DNA from: a virus | Lineage: Duplodnaviria > Caudoviricetes | DNA length: 56,090 nucleotides | Direction: 5' to 3' (one strand) | Virus record (IMG/VR): IMGVR_UViG_3300020045_019291 | Location: 1-56,090 of that record | Part shown: positions 29,901-37,976 of the stretch, piece by piece | How the letters are laid out: each line of letters starts with the position of its first letter | Position numbering within the stretch: the stretch's first letter is position 1 | Program-made: the position numbers and the translations under genes | Notes under the pieces: model-generated | Told to the model about the DNA's origin: nothing | Databases searched by the model: none | What the model saw: only the letters and a program-made list of their open reading frames with translations

Positions 29901-31092
29901 CACGGTAAGGGTTTTACAACTTTCGACCATTGCTTCGACTATTCCCATCGGGATGTCATTGGCCTTGATTTCGGCAATGAAGAGTGACGACGACAAGGAT
30001 AAATCGTCTTATGAAATTTACTTGCACGCATTGGAAGGTATTTCAAAATACCAAAAAATGAAGTATATGAACATCGTAACGGGAAACAAAAATGACGAAG
30101 GCGAATACCAGGTGATCAAGATTGCCAAGGCACAAGAGCTTTCGCCAGTAATGTCGGTTACGGACGATATTTACAATAATTTCATCAGGAGCATTGCCGG
30201 AAAAGAAAAGAAAAGTATCGGGAGCATTACCCAAGATGCCTTGTTTACCTTCAACAGCACCGTGATGCCGGTGGACTTCAGCAGTCCAGGAGGATTCTTT
30301 ACCCGTACTCCAATGGTAAAAGCAACGTTGTCCTACTTGACTGGTTTTGATTTTTTCAGGGAAGAGCCGCTTTCGATGGATATTGGAAAGGTGCCAAAAC
30401 CGGTGGAAGGGATCACGATGTCGAGCACCGAGGATTTTTACAAGAAACTTGGAGAGAATTACGGTTTGTCGCCGATACGTTCCAAGGCTTTTGTGGAGAG
30501 TTTAATTACCGGACCAAGCACAAACCCATTTGTGGGAATGTTGTACGGTGGTGCCGACGCTGTCACTTCTGACAAGGATATGAAACAGATTGGCAAAGAA
30601 TTATTCAACACGGTTTACAAATCGACCGGAAAAAGGGTAATCAGTTATTCTTCGGACTTCAATCGCCAATTGGCCGCCAAGAAAGATTTGCAAGACAAGA
30701 TTGACACCATCAATATGGAAAAGTACAAGGAAAACGCTAAATTCAACGACTTGACCAAGCAATACATCAGCAAGGAAATATCGAAAGCGGAACTGCATTC
30801 GAAAATAAACGAACTGGATCCGGGTAACAGGAATAAAATGTACGACAAGGTTCAGGACAAAGTACGAATGAAAGATCTTGATGGTGCTATTCTGGACATC
30901 AAATACGAGCAAGGAAACGAGGCCAAGGCCTTGATGATAATGCACTATTATGGGGATATTTTTGATGGATCCAAAGACAGCAAGGGAATCATCAGGCAAA
31001 TGCAACGGGCCAAAGGGATATTGACTCCGGCTACCTTGCAGGAATACAACAAGATCAAGGACCAATTAGGAACAAAAAAAACCTCCAATTAA
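23923..31092 (+). CDS. Large ejection / polyvalent virion protein with ParB/Srx-like domain and LPD38-like C-terminal region
   Basis: 2389 aa; N-terminal KKPWEKNY repeat x2; IKRNGITEPIVV...VKNGNHRAAIAKELG; C-terminal N.PRD, LDFNQGG, IPYINVAFQG motifs. Confidence 0.7.
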   Translation: MPDTKKPWEKNYTVENTESQSQDKKPWEKNYVSDTEKKNSVGTSTSTIPTENTESAQKTGSSVSKSSSGFPEIDTNGIAPNYEDMKPAAENPVGKEKRLRKELANTKVTPENMEAVMAETDALSATIKTNQKAKDQAKSQRVKELETSFYDATRNNNDDAVAEQRLNDAVNTNGIWNNVKSIAKKTLNIAIDGAVKATNNVGLNNFKINDDPLAEEKQLVKKQALKNKENIGETEINQRAQQIFKEKEKDNLFLDRANSFLDNMDAEDKNLLKQDRYDKTVHLQEDNLKRLKYNAALQTVAEDKISDYKKIESQLTKLKENGEEFPEDLYSQYTALGSEIQKLGSRLNKNEEYVLNNKKDLGTAQQEFDLFKREYGDFNNIIGNIAVAAGELGTGILGAVNYASSLDGPLGQVRAMRGQEVVSGLNEDLKNARENLRTPVESIESAEGFLNYTSDLVANQIPNLVATSTGIGGLAFIGATSTGQKYTKMNDEVRQGKETYSPLQMAVAPLLYGGAEVISEIPTLSILKKGGRVIESIARNEGELITKTAKQKALELAKDYSIDMGKEMTGEQFTNFTQNFNDKFVLGKKDVNLLDNTGQVFKDTFTLTSILKVAPHTFGVIAKPFQSKTDLGTLDENSRKIIEFSRQLNTEGLTDTEKKVIQKQIDKATAESSKIVANTIGKIGDMPGELYDEVVTLNTKAGEIKAQAREINDGNLPNKEALLKGLGEDYKALQEKRNGIIEGNTTVVDILPLKEQDLLKKQALEDLVTELNPDGKKNIKITNEQVVERANEIYAESKANESNKTQTSQPSSSEEATPSVNAKIEGNSPLLSSEAQENGSKAAVNLPTSISEEQKMQFGAGYKDYNFKKENVSTDKIKITEQPSLSERQELVDDIKRNGITEPIVVEYDNESDSYYVKNGNHRAAIAKELGIKEVPTIVAEYKETNNEAISPTNTPADGNIQSGTGEMGESGIAQQESPVQESVQSSVDGGKSKGDSKPITTKKVKSVKDGEFDVDFDEKGNVLAIRSSKDGRVISKFVERKVKPSKQNPTGKILSKNANYAKIEADAKGETTENEKNNLDKEAQKIQDEKISSFEPGDEYEIALKFVAEGGKVKLSSARNETGEKNSKAMKWASGFNKESDLPSIEKAAESLMPYDSNLDEGKIRDSLIEIFTTFESLAAVKNHLLEVYDENNAKKQDQERHSFLGSLSEKDFAMYQAIQAEDNYLAELSDAEVKEHYNQKINENEQGQQEYARSETANQRPEVIAGRNDGAKEKGGIQGNPEGESQGGNDGGGIDTKSTPDQILEWLENAEKELDAFGLENLSVGIPIVVAKAAIQAMKIAVKAGKLAGEVIQAGLDAVKQSDWYKNLTQTEQDDIENDFNGNFLNKISNINPENERQTENLLNRAASENISEDDAYAEVKSTFDKARTELSNKKSFKEYSRDAYRNFVKRFTDRQYLSKSLLNKSGMKAVQNLIINSHGASGRAKIHFEEAYNEIYKKLTTVERRTLDEIIQAKRFIAIDSNREARGLEPVSHPNFIDKNKSEKFLSKLEKELGTEKYNDLARRAEAYFKTYKGLLKDMLDNGLISKESFDSMSDVDYQPRVFLQFVTDFNGDLETTKRSNNMDSSGLSSDQIKSMSEGDASILVLNSEWLLTNSLLSRSKAMAMNNINKRFMTGEFQKAQERFNKLDPKNLKGDDVRFYKYFKELSSKVIDNPFIGKTESGTEKYKFDKTPANFAKAYYYVDGQRHEFFLEKELHESWNDNFEGVIKSNYKEFISYASGAALVKAIATGNNPAFPIVNTPRDFLFTIAFSAQYSNIVPKAMLQVAKDVVKSIKEIRKPQSDVLKKYIEYGGAMDFLSSQGTLKKESLLGQAIDKSVSANTRDAAKSIFSKVTLHKISSYSEMMFRLGIFQRSIKNQLDSLGLKDISEVTDKQQLDDIYSEAVSNARSILDFNQGGVVTKDLEAVIPYINVAFQGGRVAASAFENDPVGTTVRVLQLSTIASTIPIGMSLALISAMKSDDDKDKSSYEIYLHALEGISKYQKMKYMNIVTGNKNDEGEYQVIKIAKAQELSPVMSVTDDIYNNFIRSIAGKEKKSIGSITQDALFTFNSTVMPVDFSSPGGFFTRTPMVKATLSYLTGFDFFREEPLSMDIGKVPKPVEGITMSSTEDFYKKLGENYGLSPIRSKAFVESLITGPSTNPFVGMLYGGADAVTSDKDMKQIGKELFNTVYKSTGKRVISYSSDFNRQLAAKKDLQDKIDTINMEKYKENAKFNDLTKQYISKEISKAELHSKINELDPGNRNKMYDKVQDKVRMKDLDGAILDIKYEQGNEAKALMIMHYYGDIFDGSKDSKGIIRQMQRAKGILTPATLQEYNKIKDQLGTKKTSN

Positions 31093-31102
31093 GGAGGTTT
31101 TT
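31077..31102. terminator. Bidirectional terminator separating late and early arms
   Basis: AAAAACCTCC-AATTAA-GGAGGTTTTT. Confidence 0.8.
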
Positions 31103-31120
31103 GGTTTTTAGAAAAAAAAG

Positions 31121-31291
31121 TTATTGATTTTTGACGTCAGAAACTTGTTTTCTCATTTCGTGGGCAAGGTTTTTTATATCCTGCAATGTTTTTCGCAACC
31201 GTGTTCCTGCAGCCTTGTTTCCTGCTGCAAATTTGGCTCCTTCGTGTTGCGCCGAGTCGTTCAATTCGGCTAGTTTTTTCAAGTTTTCCAT
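31121..31291 (-). CDS. Small Hc1/'histone H1-like' DNA-binding protein (56 aa, absent from the ORF track)
   Basis: MENLKKLAELNDSAQHEGAKFAAGNKAAGTRLRKTLQDIKNLAHEMRKQVSDVKNQ; GNKAAGTR.RK signature. Confidence 0.8.
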   Translation of the reverse strand: MENLKKLAELNDSAQHEGAKFAAGNKAAGTRLRKTLQDIKNLAHEMRKQVSDVKNQ

Positions 31292-31331
31292 AATTTAGAT
31301 TAGAATTTACCTATACATTCAAGGTTTTTGT

Positions 31332-32030
31332 TTATAATTTGTTTTTTACGATTTCTTTTAGTCTTTCAAGTCCGGTAAGTTGAATTCCGTATTCCATAAA
31401 CCATTTTTGAAGTTCTGCGATAGATAAAAAGGGTTTGTTGATGATTATGTATTCTTCGGCTTTTTCTTTGGTGGAAAATTTTAAACAAGCATCCGTAAAA
31501 ACCGTGAATCCAAGTGTGTTTTTATTTAGACTAAAATTTGATTTATTTACAGAATAAATATTTGCGTGGTTTTTAAAATCAGATTCGAAAATATCCACGC
31601 CATCTTCTGTAGTGAATAATGGGTTTTTCTTAATTTTTTTGGCGTATTTTAAAGAACAAGACCTGTTTTCGCCAATAAGAAACATTATATTTTCACTAAT
31701 ATTTATTTCTTTTATTTCAAAGCCTTTATCTCCGTCTAAATCTGTATTATAAACGCTGTCTCGAATAGTAAAGCACTCTCCATCAAAAAGTCTTTTAGCG
31801 GTATGGATTTTCACACTATTGTCTTCAATGAAATGAACGGTTCCTACATAAGAAATAATCTCATACTCCAATTCTTCTATTTTCTCCCAAAATTCAGGGT
31901 AATTTTCAATAGTTTCTTTTTCGAAAATAATTACTTTTTCGCTAACGTACTGTCCAAATTTATCCTCTATAACAACTCCTCCTATTTCAATTGGACACAT
32001 TGGGAAGTCTTTTTTTAATTTGTATTTCAT
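31332..32030 (-). CDS. Hypothetical protein
   Basis: AT-rich ATG ORF with PLFTTEDGVDIF motif. Confidence 0.7.
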   Translation of the reverse strand: MKYKLKKDFPMCPIEIGGVVIEDKFGQYVSEKVIIFEKETIENYPEFWEKIEELEYEIISYVGTVHFIEDNSVKIHTAKRLFDGECFTIRDSVYNTDLDGDKGFEIKEINISENIMFLIGENRSCSLKYAKKIKKNPLFTTEDGVDIFESDFKNHANIYSVNKSNFSLNKNTLGFTVFTDACLKFSTKEKAEEYIIINKPFLSIAELQKWFMEYGIQLTGLERLKEIVKNKL

Positions 32031-32034
32031 TTTG

Positions 32035-32388
32035 TCAGTGTTTTAAAATTTTTCTGCAGATACCTTCCATTGAAGGCTTGTTTTTTTCGTAGGCGTTGTG
32101 CATCGTGATGTGGTTTTGCATATCTTTTATATGGACGCTTGCCACCATTTTGTAATACTCGTCGGCCACGTTGTAAATCACGTTTGTGGCGACTTCTTCT
32201 TTTTCGATGGCGCGATCAAAATGTTTGGTTTCCACTTCGACCAGCTTGCTTATAAAATTGTTCACTAAATTCTTGAAGGCTCCGGTAAAGAAGGATTTCG
32301 ACTTGCTCTCGGACTTGAAATCCGACAGGTAATTGAGCAGGATTTGTGCTATTACCTTGATGTGGGTTAGTTTTTCGTTTGGGTTCAT
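32035..32388 (-). CDS. Hypothetical protein
   Basis: ATG ORF, coupled to neighbours. Confidence 0.65.
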   Translation of the reverse strand: MNPNEKLTHIKVIAQILLNYLSDFKSESKSKSFFTGAFKNLVNNFISKLVEVETKHFDRAIEKEEVATNVIYNVADEYYKMVASVHIKDMQNHITMHNAYEKNKPSMEGICRKILKH

Positions 32389-32693
32389 TTGGGTTCTTTT
32401 TTATCTATTTTCATTGCGCCAATTACATTATTCAAAGCAACTCCCATTTGTTCGTATTGCTGTAATTCCGACAATGCCAATTGAAGATTAGCGATCAATT
32501 GATTAAGCCCATTTGTGCTTAACATTAGCCTTGTTTCGTCCAAAGCTCTTTTTTGCTGAATTTGGTCTTTTGCATTAAAAGAATATTCAGGTTTGTAAGT
32601 CAATAAAACCACTTCAATGGTTGGTTTTAATTCAGCAGTTCCAGTTTCAACTGAAAAACTTAAATTTGTTCGTACTGATGCTAATTGTTTCAT
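32385..32693 (-). CDS. Hypothetical protein
   Basis: ATG MKQLAS at 32693; stop overlaps next ATG. Confidence 0.6.
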   Translation of the reverse strand: MKQLASVRTNLSFSVETGTAELKPTIEVVLLTYKPEYSFNAKDQIQQKRALDETRLMLSTNGLNQLIANLQLALSELQQYEQMGVALNNVIGAMKIDKKEPK

Positions 32694-32700
32694 TATTTCT

Positions 32701-32817
32701 CTAAATTTTTGTAAAAACCCAGATCCAAAAGCCAATGATTAAAATGACTTGTACCAGCAAGATTTTGTTGGCTTTCGGATAGGTTTTGTCAAGGTTATTG
32801 TATTGTTTTCGGTTCAT
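32701..32817 (-). CDS. Small membrane protein
   Basis: MNRKQY...ILLVQVILIIGFWIWVF; fills the gap in the operon. Confidence 0.5.
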   Translation of the reverse strand: MNRKQYNNLDKTYPKANKILLVQVILIIGFWIWVFTKI

Positions 32818-32819
32818 TT

Positions 32820-33428
32820 TTATATTTCTGATTCCCTGATTTCCTTGGCTTCTTGCGCCAGAATTGGCTCGAAGTGTTCCCAGCATTCCGGGCAGTATTT
32901 CTCGCCGCCATCGTCTTCCTCTATTGTTTCGCTGTCAAATTTTTGAGAACATCCTATGCATTCCACAATGTCCGTGTCGGGAAACCAAAAAGACAGTTTT
33001 CCTTTCACGTTTAAAATTGGTTTGTCGTATAAGACGGGATTTGCGAGTACCCAGTTATAGATTGGTTTGAAAATAGCTCCTTCTGATAAATCTGTTTTTT
33101 CAGCCCAGACACTTGGATGATTGATTACACAGTCAACGATGTCAACTTCTCCGATGATGGCAGAAACTAGTAATTTATCGGTTACTACGTCTTTTTGAAG
33201 ATATCTATACAAATTCAATTTTGTATTTTTATCTAGGTTCTTTTCGTGAATGCTTTCCCATTGCTCTTTTGTAAATAAAGAGCCTGTTTTTAATCTATCG
33301 TGCCATTTAGCTGATGCGTGAATATAAATCCTTCCACGAAAATGAGTTTTAAATGACCTATTTTCAATTGGCTTAATTCCTTCAGCTATTAATTGAGCGT
33401 AAGGCTGTTTGATGGATAGTGCTTTCAT
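32820..33428 (-). CDS. ASCH domain protein with C-terminal Zn ribbon
   Basis: MKALSIKQPYA..I..GIK.IENR.F.T.FRG.IYIHAS, VKGKLSFW; CxxC...CPEC tail. Confidence 0.85.
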   Translation of the reverse strand: MKALSIKQPYAQLIAEGIKPIENRSFKTHFRGRIYIHASAKWHDRLKTGSLFTKEQWESIHEKNLDKNTKLNLYRYLQKDVVTDKLLVSAIIGEVDIVDCVINHPSVWAEKTDLSEGAIFKPIYNWVLANPVLYDKPILNVKGKLSFWFPDTDIVECIGCSQKFDSETIEEDDGGEKYCPECWEHFEPILAQEAKEIRESEI

Positions 33429-33437
33429 TTTTCTTGG

Positions 33438-33656
33438 TTATTTAATTCTGGTTACGTTTCCCTCGATTGTCTTGAATTGCTTTTCCGGCAATAGTTTTTT
33501 TGCGGAAGCAAATGCGACCGAAAAAGTCCTGTCCACGAAATAATCATCATCGCCCCAGACTTCCTTGATAAAGGTTTTTTTGGAGAAACTTTGGGCCAGT
33601 TTCAGGGATTGCAGTTTCTCGGCTACTTTTTGCGGGTATGTTTTTTTTCTGGGCAT
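33438..33656 (-). CDS. Hypothetical basic protein
   Basis: ATG ORF tightly packed in the operon. Confidence 0.6.
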   Translation of the reverse strand: MPRKKTYPQKVAEKLQSLKLAQSFSKKTFIKEVWGDDDYFVDRTFSVAFASAKKLLPEKQFKTIEGNVTRIK

Positions 33657-33658
33657 AA

Positions 33659-34159
33659 TTATCGGATTAGGGTTTCCATAAATTCATACATTCCAACTTT
33701 CTTTGAATTTTTCCACTGCTCTTTTTTGTTTTGCTCGTACATTTGGGTTAGTTTGTCCCAGTTTTCGGCAAGTTTTCTCCAAGGAGTGGAAAGTTTTGAA
33801 AGTTCCAAAATCCGTGATTTCCATTCAGGTACCGCTTCCAACAGTTTGTAGCATCGTGAAAAATCGTCTGGATCATAAGGATGGTTTACGTCAAATTGTT
33901 TTACATCCATAAAAAAACTCCACATTGTTTTAGAACTCTGTCCAATATGTCCATTGGCAATCCACCACAATGATTTTGCTTCAACGTCTTTAGATTGGTC
34001 CGCTTTTGGCTCCGTCCAAGTAGGTTTGCAGTCTTTGTGCAAATCATCGAAGGACTTCATTTTCTTTGTCATTTCAGTGACGGGAATAGGCATTTTTAAG
34101 GCAAATTCTCCGCCGCAATTGAGACAAAATAATTTTTGATTTCTGATTGTTGTTGACAT
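33659..34159 (-). CDS. Conserved-type phage hypothetical protein
   Basis: CxxC N-terminus, G.SS.T and PYDPDDFSRC motifs. Confidence 0.7.
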   Translation of the reverse strand: MSTTIRNQKLFCLNCGGEFALKMPIPVTEMTKKMKSFDDLHKDCKPTWTEPKADQSKDVEAKSLWWIANGHIGQSSKTMWSFFMDVKQFDVNHPYDPDDFSRCYKLLEAVPEWKSRILELSKLSTPWRKLAENWDKLTQMYEQNKKEQWKNSKKVGMYEFMETLIR

Positions 34160-34161
34160 AA

Positions 34162-34461
34162 TTATTTCTCTTTTTGAATGTAATCCAATCTATCCCATTC
34201 AGCTGCAAGTAGAGTAGCTGCAATAATCAATCGGTCTTTATAGTTTCTTAAGCATAAGTTTTTAAACCATTCTGCATCCCAATTTTTAGGAAACCAAGTG
34301 TTTTGCCTTAAATCTTCTAATGTTAGTAATGTCGCAGCTTGAACAAGTTGTCTTTCATTATACCATTCAGGATGTTTAGCGTGATGTTCTGCCGTAAATC
34401 CGTGTTTTAATATTTGTTTTTCATTTCGCTCGATGGCGATTAATTCTGCTCCTGTATTCAT
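34162..34461 (-). CDS. Phage hypothetical protein
   Basis: IA.ER..Q...GFT.EH and AA.LLAAE.DRL motifs common in phage ORFs. Confidence 0.7.
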   Translation of the reverse strand: MNTGAELIAIERNEKQILKHGFTAEHHAKHPEWYNERQLVQAATLLTLEDLRQNTWFPKNWDAEWFKNLCLRNYKDRLIIAATLLAAEWDRLDYIQKEK

Positions 34462-34718
34462 AATCCTAATCTTTTTTTAGCGTTTTCAAAATTTGTATTT
34501 TCAATTTTTGAGTCTTCCGGATAGTAAGTCGCCCTTGCTTTAAAATCCGTGTAACATTCTGGACAATAGCATTGGTTTAAAACCGCTATATAATTATGTT
34601 TAAAGGAGGCCTTGTTGCAATCATCACATATTCCAAGGCCTCCAAAGGCTTTATTTACTTCTGAAAGGGAAATTTCTATAACTTTAAACCCTTTCTCGTT
34701 TTCGATTACCTTAGCCAT
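34458..34718 (-). CDS. Small Zn-binding hypothetical protein
   Basis: GLGICDDCN...YIAVLNQCYCPEC; ATG MAKVIE at 34718. Confidence 0.65.
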   Translation of the reverse strand: MAKVIENEKGFKVIEISLSEVNKAFGGLGICDDCNKASFKHNYIAVLNQCYCPECYTDFKARATYYPEDSKIENTNFENAKKRLGL

Positions 34719-35785
34719 TACTTCACTTCCTTGTTGAAATAGCACAAATAATAATACATCTGTTTTTCCTCGTCCCAGCCTTTTTCGATGAACTTTTCGG
34801 CGCTTTCGGGATTTACGAAATCCAGCTTGATGGTCATTCCGGTGTCGAGATTGATGACGTTCTTGATCTTGCGTCGGGCATCGGTGACGGCGGTGTTTGA
34901 AATTGGGAAGGTGGAAACGTCCTCGATGCTGTATTTCTCGCCTTTGTCCACTTTGAAGCTTTTGAATTCGGCGATCAGGTCTGGATTGTCGATTACTTCA
35001 TTCAGGAATGCGGATTCCTCGAATTGGTCATTTTTGGCGAAGTGGTTCATCGTTCGGTTCATAAACATCACTTCTTCTTTTTTGTCTTCGGCGGGAAATA
35101 CCACTTCGGATGCAAAATCCTGGGCGAATTTCAGGTATTTTTTGGTCAGGAAATTTTCGTCGTGGAACGCATCTACCGAAAGGAAGTGTTCCAGCCAATA
35201 ACGGGCATCGTATCTATTGCTGTCCACGGTTAAAATCTTGTATCCTTCCTCTTTTTTGTAGTTGAAAATAATACAACCCTTGTCCAGTTTCTCGAGTGAA
35301 ATTCCTTGTTCGAGTTTTACGTCAAGATTGCTTTTGTCGATTTGTTGTTCTTCCTGAACCTTGATGTAGTCGTGCAGCATTTCGCTTTTGAATATCCCGA
35401 TGGCATCAACCACGGTATTGTCGATGGAAACTCCTGTCAAGTAGGCCACGTAAACTTCGCCGTTCTTGATGTGCGGGTGGTTTGATTGCTCGAAAAGATG
35501 CCCAGCTATCAATCTGGAAATGGAATGTGTTTTTCCAGGTGAATCAAAAATATCGGAAGCCCATCGGAACATATCATTGAATTCCAAATCTACTTCGTGG
35601 GCGAATTGGAAATAGTTTTCTTCTTTTTCGCGGAAGGGCTTGAAGAAAAATTCCTTGATTAATGGCGTGATTTCGTCGGACAAACGATATGGTGCGTCCG
35701 ACAAGAAAATAGGCTCGTTGCGGCTTTTGTTTCCCACTTTGTGGATTGACAAGCTCTCGATTTGCGTGTTGAATAAGTTTAGCAT
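34718..35785 (-). CDS. Nucleoid-associated protein (NA37/YejK-like), host-type
   Basis: IHKVGNK, HP.IK.GE.YV, GIFKSE, KLDKGC, YW...FL motifs; ATG MLNLFN at 35785. Confidence 0.85.
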   Translation of the reverse strand: MLNLFNTQIESLSIHKVGNKSRNEPIFLSDAPYRLSDEITPLIKEFFFKPFREKEENYFQFAHEVDLEFNDMFRWASDIFDSPGKTHSISRLIAGHLFEQSNHPHIKNGEVYVAYLTGVSIDNTVVDAIGIFKSEMLHDYIKVQEEQQIDKSNLDVKLEQGISLEKLDKGCIIFNYKKEEGYKILTVDSNRYDARYWLEHFLSVDAFHDENFLTKKYLKFAQDFASEVVFPAEDKKEEVMFMNRTMNHFAKNDQFEESAFLNEVIDNPDLIAEFKSFKVDKGEKYSIEDVSTFPISNTAVTDARRKIKNVINLDTGMTIKLDFVNPESAEKFIEKGWDEEKQMYYYLCYFNKEVK

Positions 35786-35836
35786 AATTTTTTTTTGTTT
35801 TTTGTTTTTGTGATTTCCCAATCGGTTATTAATTAT

Positions 35837-36691
35837 TTAAAATATTTTTTCAATTTTTTGTAAAATTTGGCTTTCGAAGTATTCTGCCAAGATGTTTTTC
35901 TTTGCTCGGATGATGATTTTTGAGGAATATCCGGCTACGATTTCTTCGAGGTCTATTTTTATCTGGTACCTTTCCGTTTTGCTGGAAGATGTTTTCTGGC
36001 TGGTTTCCCTTTCGAGTTGTTGTTTTGCTTTTTGCAGGTGTTTTTGGTAATATTCCAGTATTTTTGGATTGGAGTTGTTTTTTATCTTCCCTTTTTCGAT
36101 CAGGAAATCAAAAATATATTCGCTTGGATCCTCGATTGTTTTTATCGATTTATACTGTTCGTAGGCTCTATTTACACCATTTTGGACCATCGTTTCCTTC
36201 TGGCTTTCGGTTATCGCTTCCAGTTTCAAGGCGTCGGAGGTAATGTCGTGGTGTTGTTTTATGTTTTGTTTCCACGCTTTGTATTTTTTTAGGATCTTGG
36301 CAATGTAATCAGCGTTGAAAAGCTGGAAATGCTCGGTTTTGTCCTCGAAGCTGCCGTATCTTTCTAGTTCGAAGGCTTTGTACAGTTCCTCGATGGTCAG
36401 TTCTCCGTAAGTGGAGAAAATCATTTTCAGGATGTCTTGGCCAATAATGAAATCAATTTCGTTCTTGATTCCGGAAAGAGTGCCTATTTTTATGAGCATA
36501 AGCCCGATCAGTGTCTTGATGTCCGGCTCGGTGGTTCTTTCCTTTATTTTTTTGTTGTCCAGGTTTGATTTCAGAAACTGCACCGATCCAACGCTGCATT
36601 TTTGTTCTATCAAGGCAATGGAATCGCTTGCCCTCATTTCTTGCTGGAGTTGCAGTTCTTGTTTGTCTACTCTGTAGTGATTGTCTTCCAT
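35837..36691 (-). CDS. Hypothetical replication-associated protein
   Basis: Follows the putative initiator; LT.EE...AF motif; positional inference. Confidence 0.55.
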   Translation of the reverse strand: MEDNHYRVDKQELQLQQEMRASDSIALIEQKCSVGSVQFLKSNLDNKKIKERTTEPDIKTLIGLMLIKIGTLSGIKNEIDFIIGQDILKMIFSTYGELTIEELYKAFELERYGSFEDKTEHFQLFNADYIAKILKKYKAWKQNIKQHHDITSDALKLEAITESQKETMVQNGVNRAYEQYKSIKTIEDPSEYIFDFLIEKGKIKNNSNPKILEYYQKHLQKAKQQLERETSQKTSSSKTERYQIKIDLEEIVAGYSSKIIIRAKKNILAEYFESQILQKIEKIF

Positions 36692-36696
36692 TGGGT

Positions 36697-37371
36697 TTAT
36701 CTAAATGCGTTTAAACTGTTTTTTATTGCCGTTCCGGTCATTCTTCCGGCTATTGGTTTTTCTTTTTCGGCAGAAATTTTTTCTTTTTTCAACCAATTTT
36801 TAGCTGTTAGAAAAAGAGATTTGTATTGGGTGTTTCTTTTGTAATTTTCAATTTTGTCAAAAACTTCGTCAATGAGTTCTTTTGGAAATTCCGAATTCAA
36901 TTTTTCAAAATCTTCGAATGAAATTTTTAAATGTGCAAATTCTCTATAAATGTTAATAGGTTTATTTGTTATTAGGTTATCTTGTTTATCTATACTACTA
37001 TTGCTTTGTCCATTGGATTGTGTTTGCTTTGCCGTATGGGTTATGATTGCTTTGTCCAGTGCTTTGCCGTTTTTTGGCAAGGCAATTCCAAGGCTAATGA
37101 TGTTCGCTGAATATTGATTTACCGATTTTTGCACCAAAACAAAAAATCCCCATTCGCATAATTCATTAAAATATTTGATATAAGTTTGATGCTTTTTTAT
37201 ACCAATGGCGTCCATCGTCATTTGTGTTGGAAAACCAAATTTCTTTTTCCAGCCTAGGCGATTGCAATGTTCAATTGCGAAAAAAAAGATGGCGCTATGG
37301 TTTGGACTTATTTTTTCTGGATTTTCAAAACAGAAATCAAACCACGCTCTTGATAATTCATAGCTGTTCAT
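36697..37371 (-). CDS. Putative replication initiator (winged-HTH N-terminus)
   Basis: N.LGWK..F, HTH-like N-terminus, low-complexity linker, C-terminal YKS...TAKNW. Confidence 0.6.
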   Translation of the reverse strand: MNSYELSRAWFDFCFENPEKISPNHSAIFFFAIEHCNRLGWKKKFGFPTQMTMDAIGIKKHQTYIKYFNELCEWGFFVLVQKSVNQYSANIISLGIALPKNGKALDKAIITHTAKQTQSNGQSNSSIDKQDNLITNKPINIYREFAHLKISFEDFEKLNSEFPKELIDEVFDKIENYKRNTQYKSLFLTAKNWLKKEKISAEKEKPIAGRMTGTAIKNSLNAFR

Positions 37372-37637
37372 TGGTTGATTTTGTTATAAATGGCAATCGC
37401 TTTTTCGATGTGTATTTCTTCCAGATGATGTTCCATAAACCGGATAGTCCGGCCAAATTTGTTGGTGGATTTTCGCGGTTTTGGGTCTAAAACTAATCCG
37501 TGACGTAAAACCAATTCGGAAATTCGGGTGCGGAAACCGGATAGTCGTGGATAATCTTCGATGGATACCTTGCCGTTTTTTATAAGCGTCAACAAGACTT
37601 CCTGGCTGTTGTTTGTGGGTTGTGGTAATTGTGCCAT
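37368..37637 (-). CDS. Small HTH-like protein
   Basis: EVLL.L...G......GFRTRISEL pattern; ATG MAQLP at 37637. Confidence 0.55.
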   Translation of the reverse strand: MAQLPQPTNNSQEVLLTLIKNGKVSIEDYPRLSGFRTRISELVLRHGLVLDPKPRKSTNKFGRTIRFMEHHLEEIHIEKAIAIYNKINQ

Positions 37638-37751
37638 ATAGTAAAAGATAAATCCCAATCAATTTGCCAGTATTGTGGAAAGTGGCGCATCGATTAGGAT
37701 TTGGGTTATCTTTTTTTAGCCCGACATATTGCTTTCCACGTCAATACGTTG

Positions 37752-37779
37752 CAAATATAAATAATTTATATCATTAGTA
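37752..37779 (-). promoter_or_regulatory. Promoter of the replication operon overlapped by the recurrent motif
   Basis: Minus-strand TATATTTG at 37752-37759; motif copy 37754-37779. Confidence 0.6.
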
Positions 37780-37799
37780 TGTAAAATAACTACTAAATT

Positions 37800-37973
37800 T
37801 TACAAAAAATTTTCGTTTATGAAGATTATTTCTTCATTGTTGAATTTTCCTTTTCCAATTATTTTTACGGCCCCGTTTATTGAGGTGAACTTTATTTCGA
37901 TTCCGTAATCCCGGAACAGGAAAAAAGTGTTTTCGTCGCGCAAGGCGGGAACTATAAAGAAATTGGTTTCCAT
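37800..37973 (-). CDS. Small hypothetical protein (57 aa, absent from the ORF track)
   Basis: METNFFIVPALRDENTFFLF...NENFL*, begins 3 nt after the ssb stop. Confidence 0.4.
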   Translation of the reverse strand: METNFFIVPALRDENTFFLFRDYGIEIKFTSINGAVKIIGKGKFNNEEIIFINENFL

Positions 37974-37976
37974 TTT

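Noticed and set aside
2207-31065. Many 60-350 aa antisense or alternative-frame ORFs in the track (e.g. 15165-16235, 8289-8999, 11672-12217)
   Set aside because: They lie opposite long motif-bearing genes and show no recognisable motifs; shadow ORFs
23923-31092. Virion RNA polymerase as in crAss-like phages
   Set aside because: No DxDxD catalytic motif in a convincing context; size and motifs fit an LPD-type ejection protein
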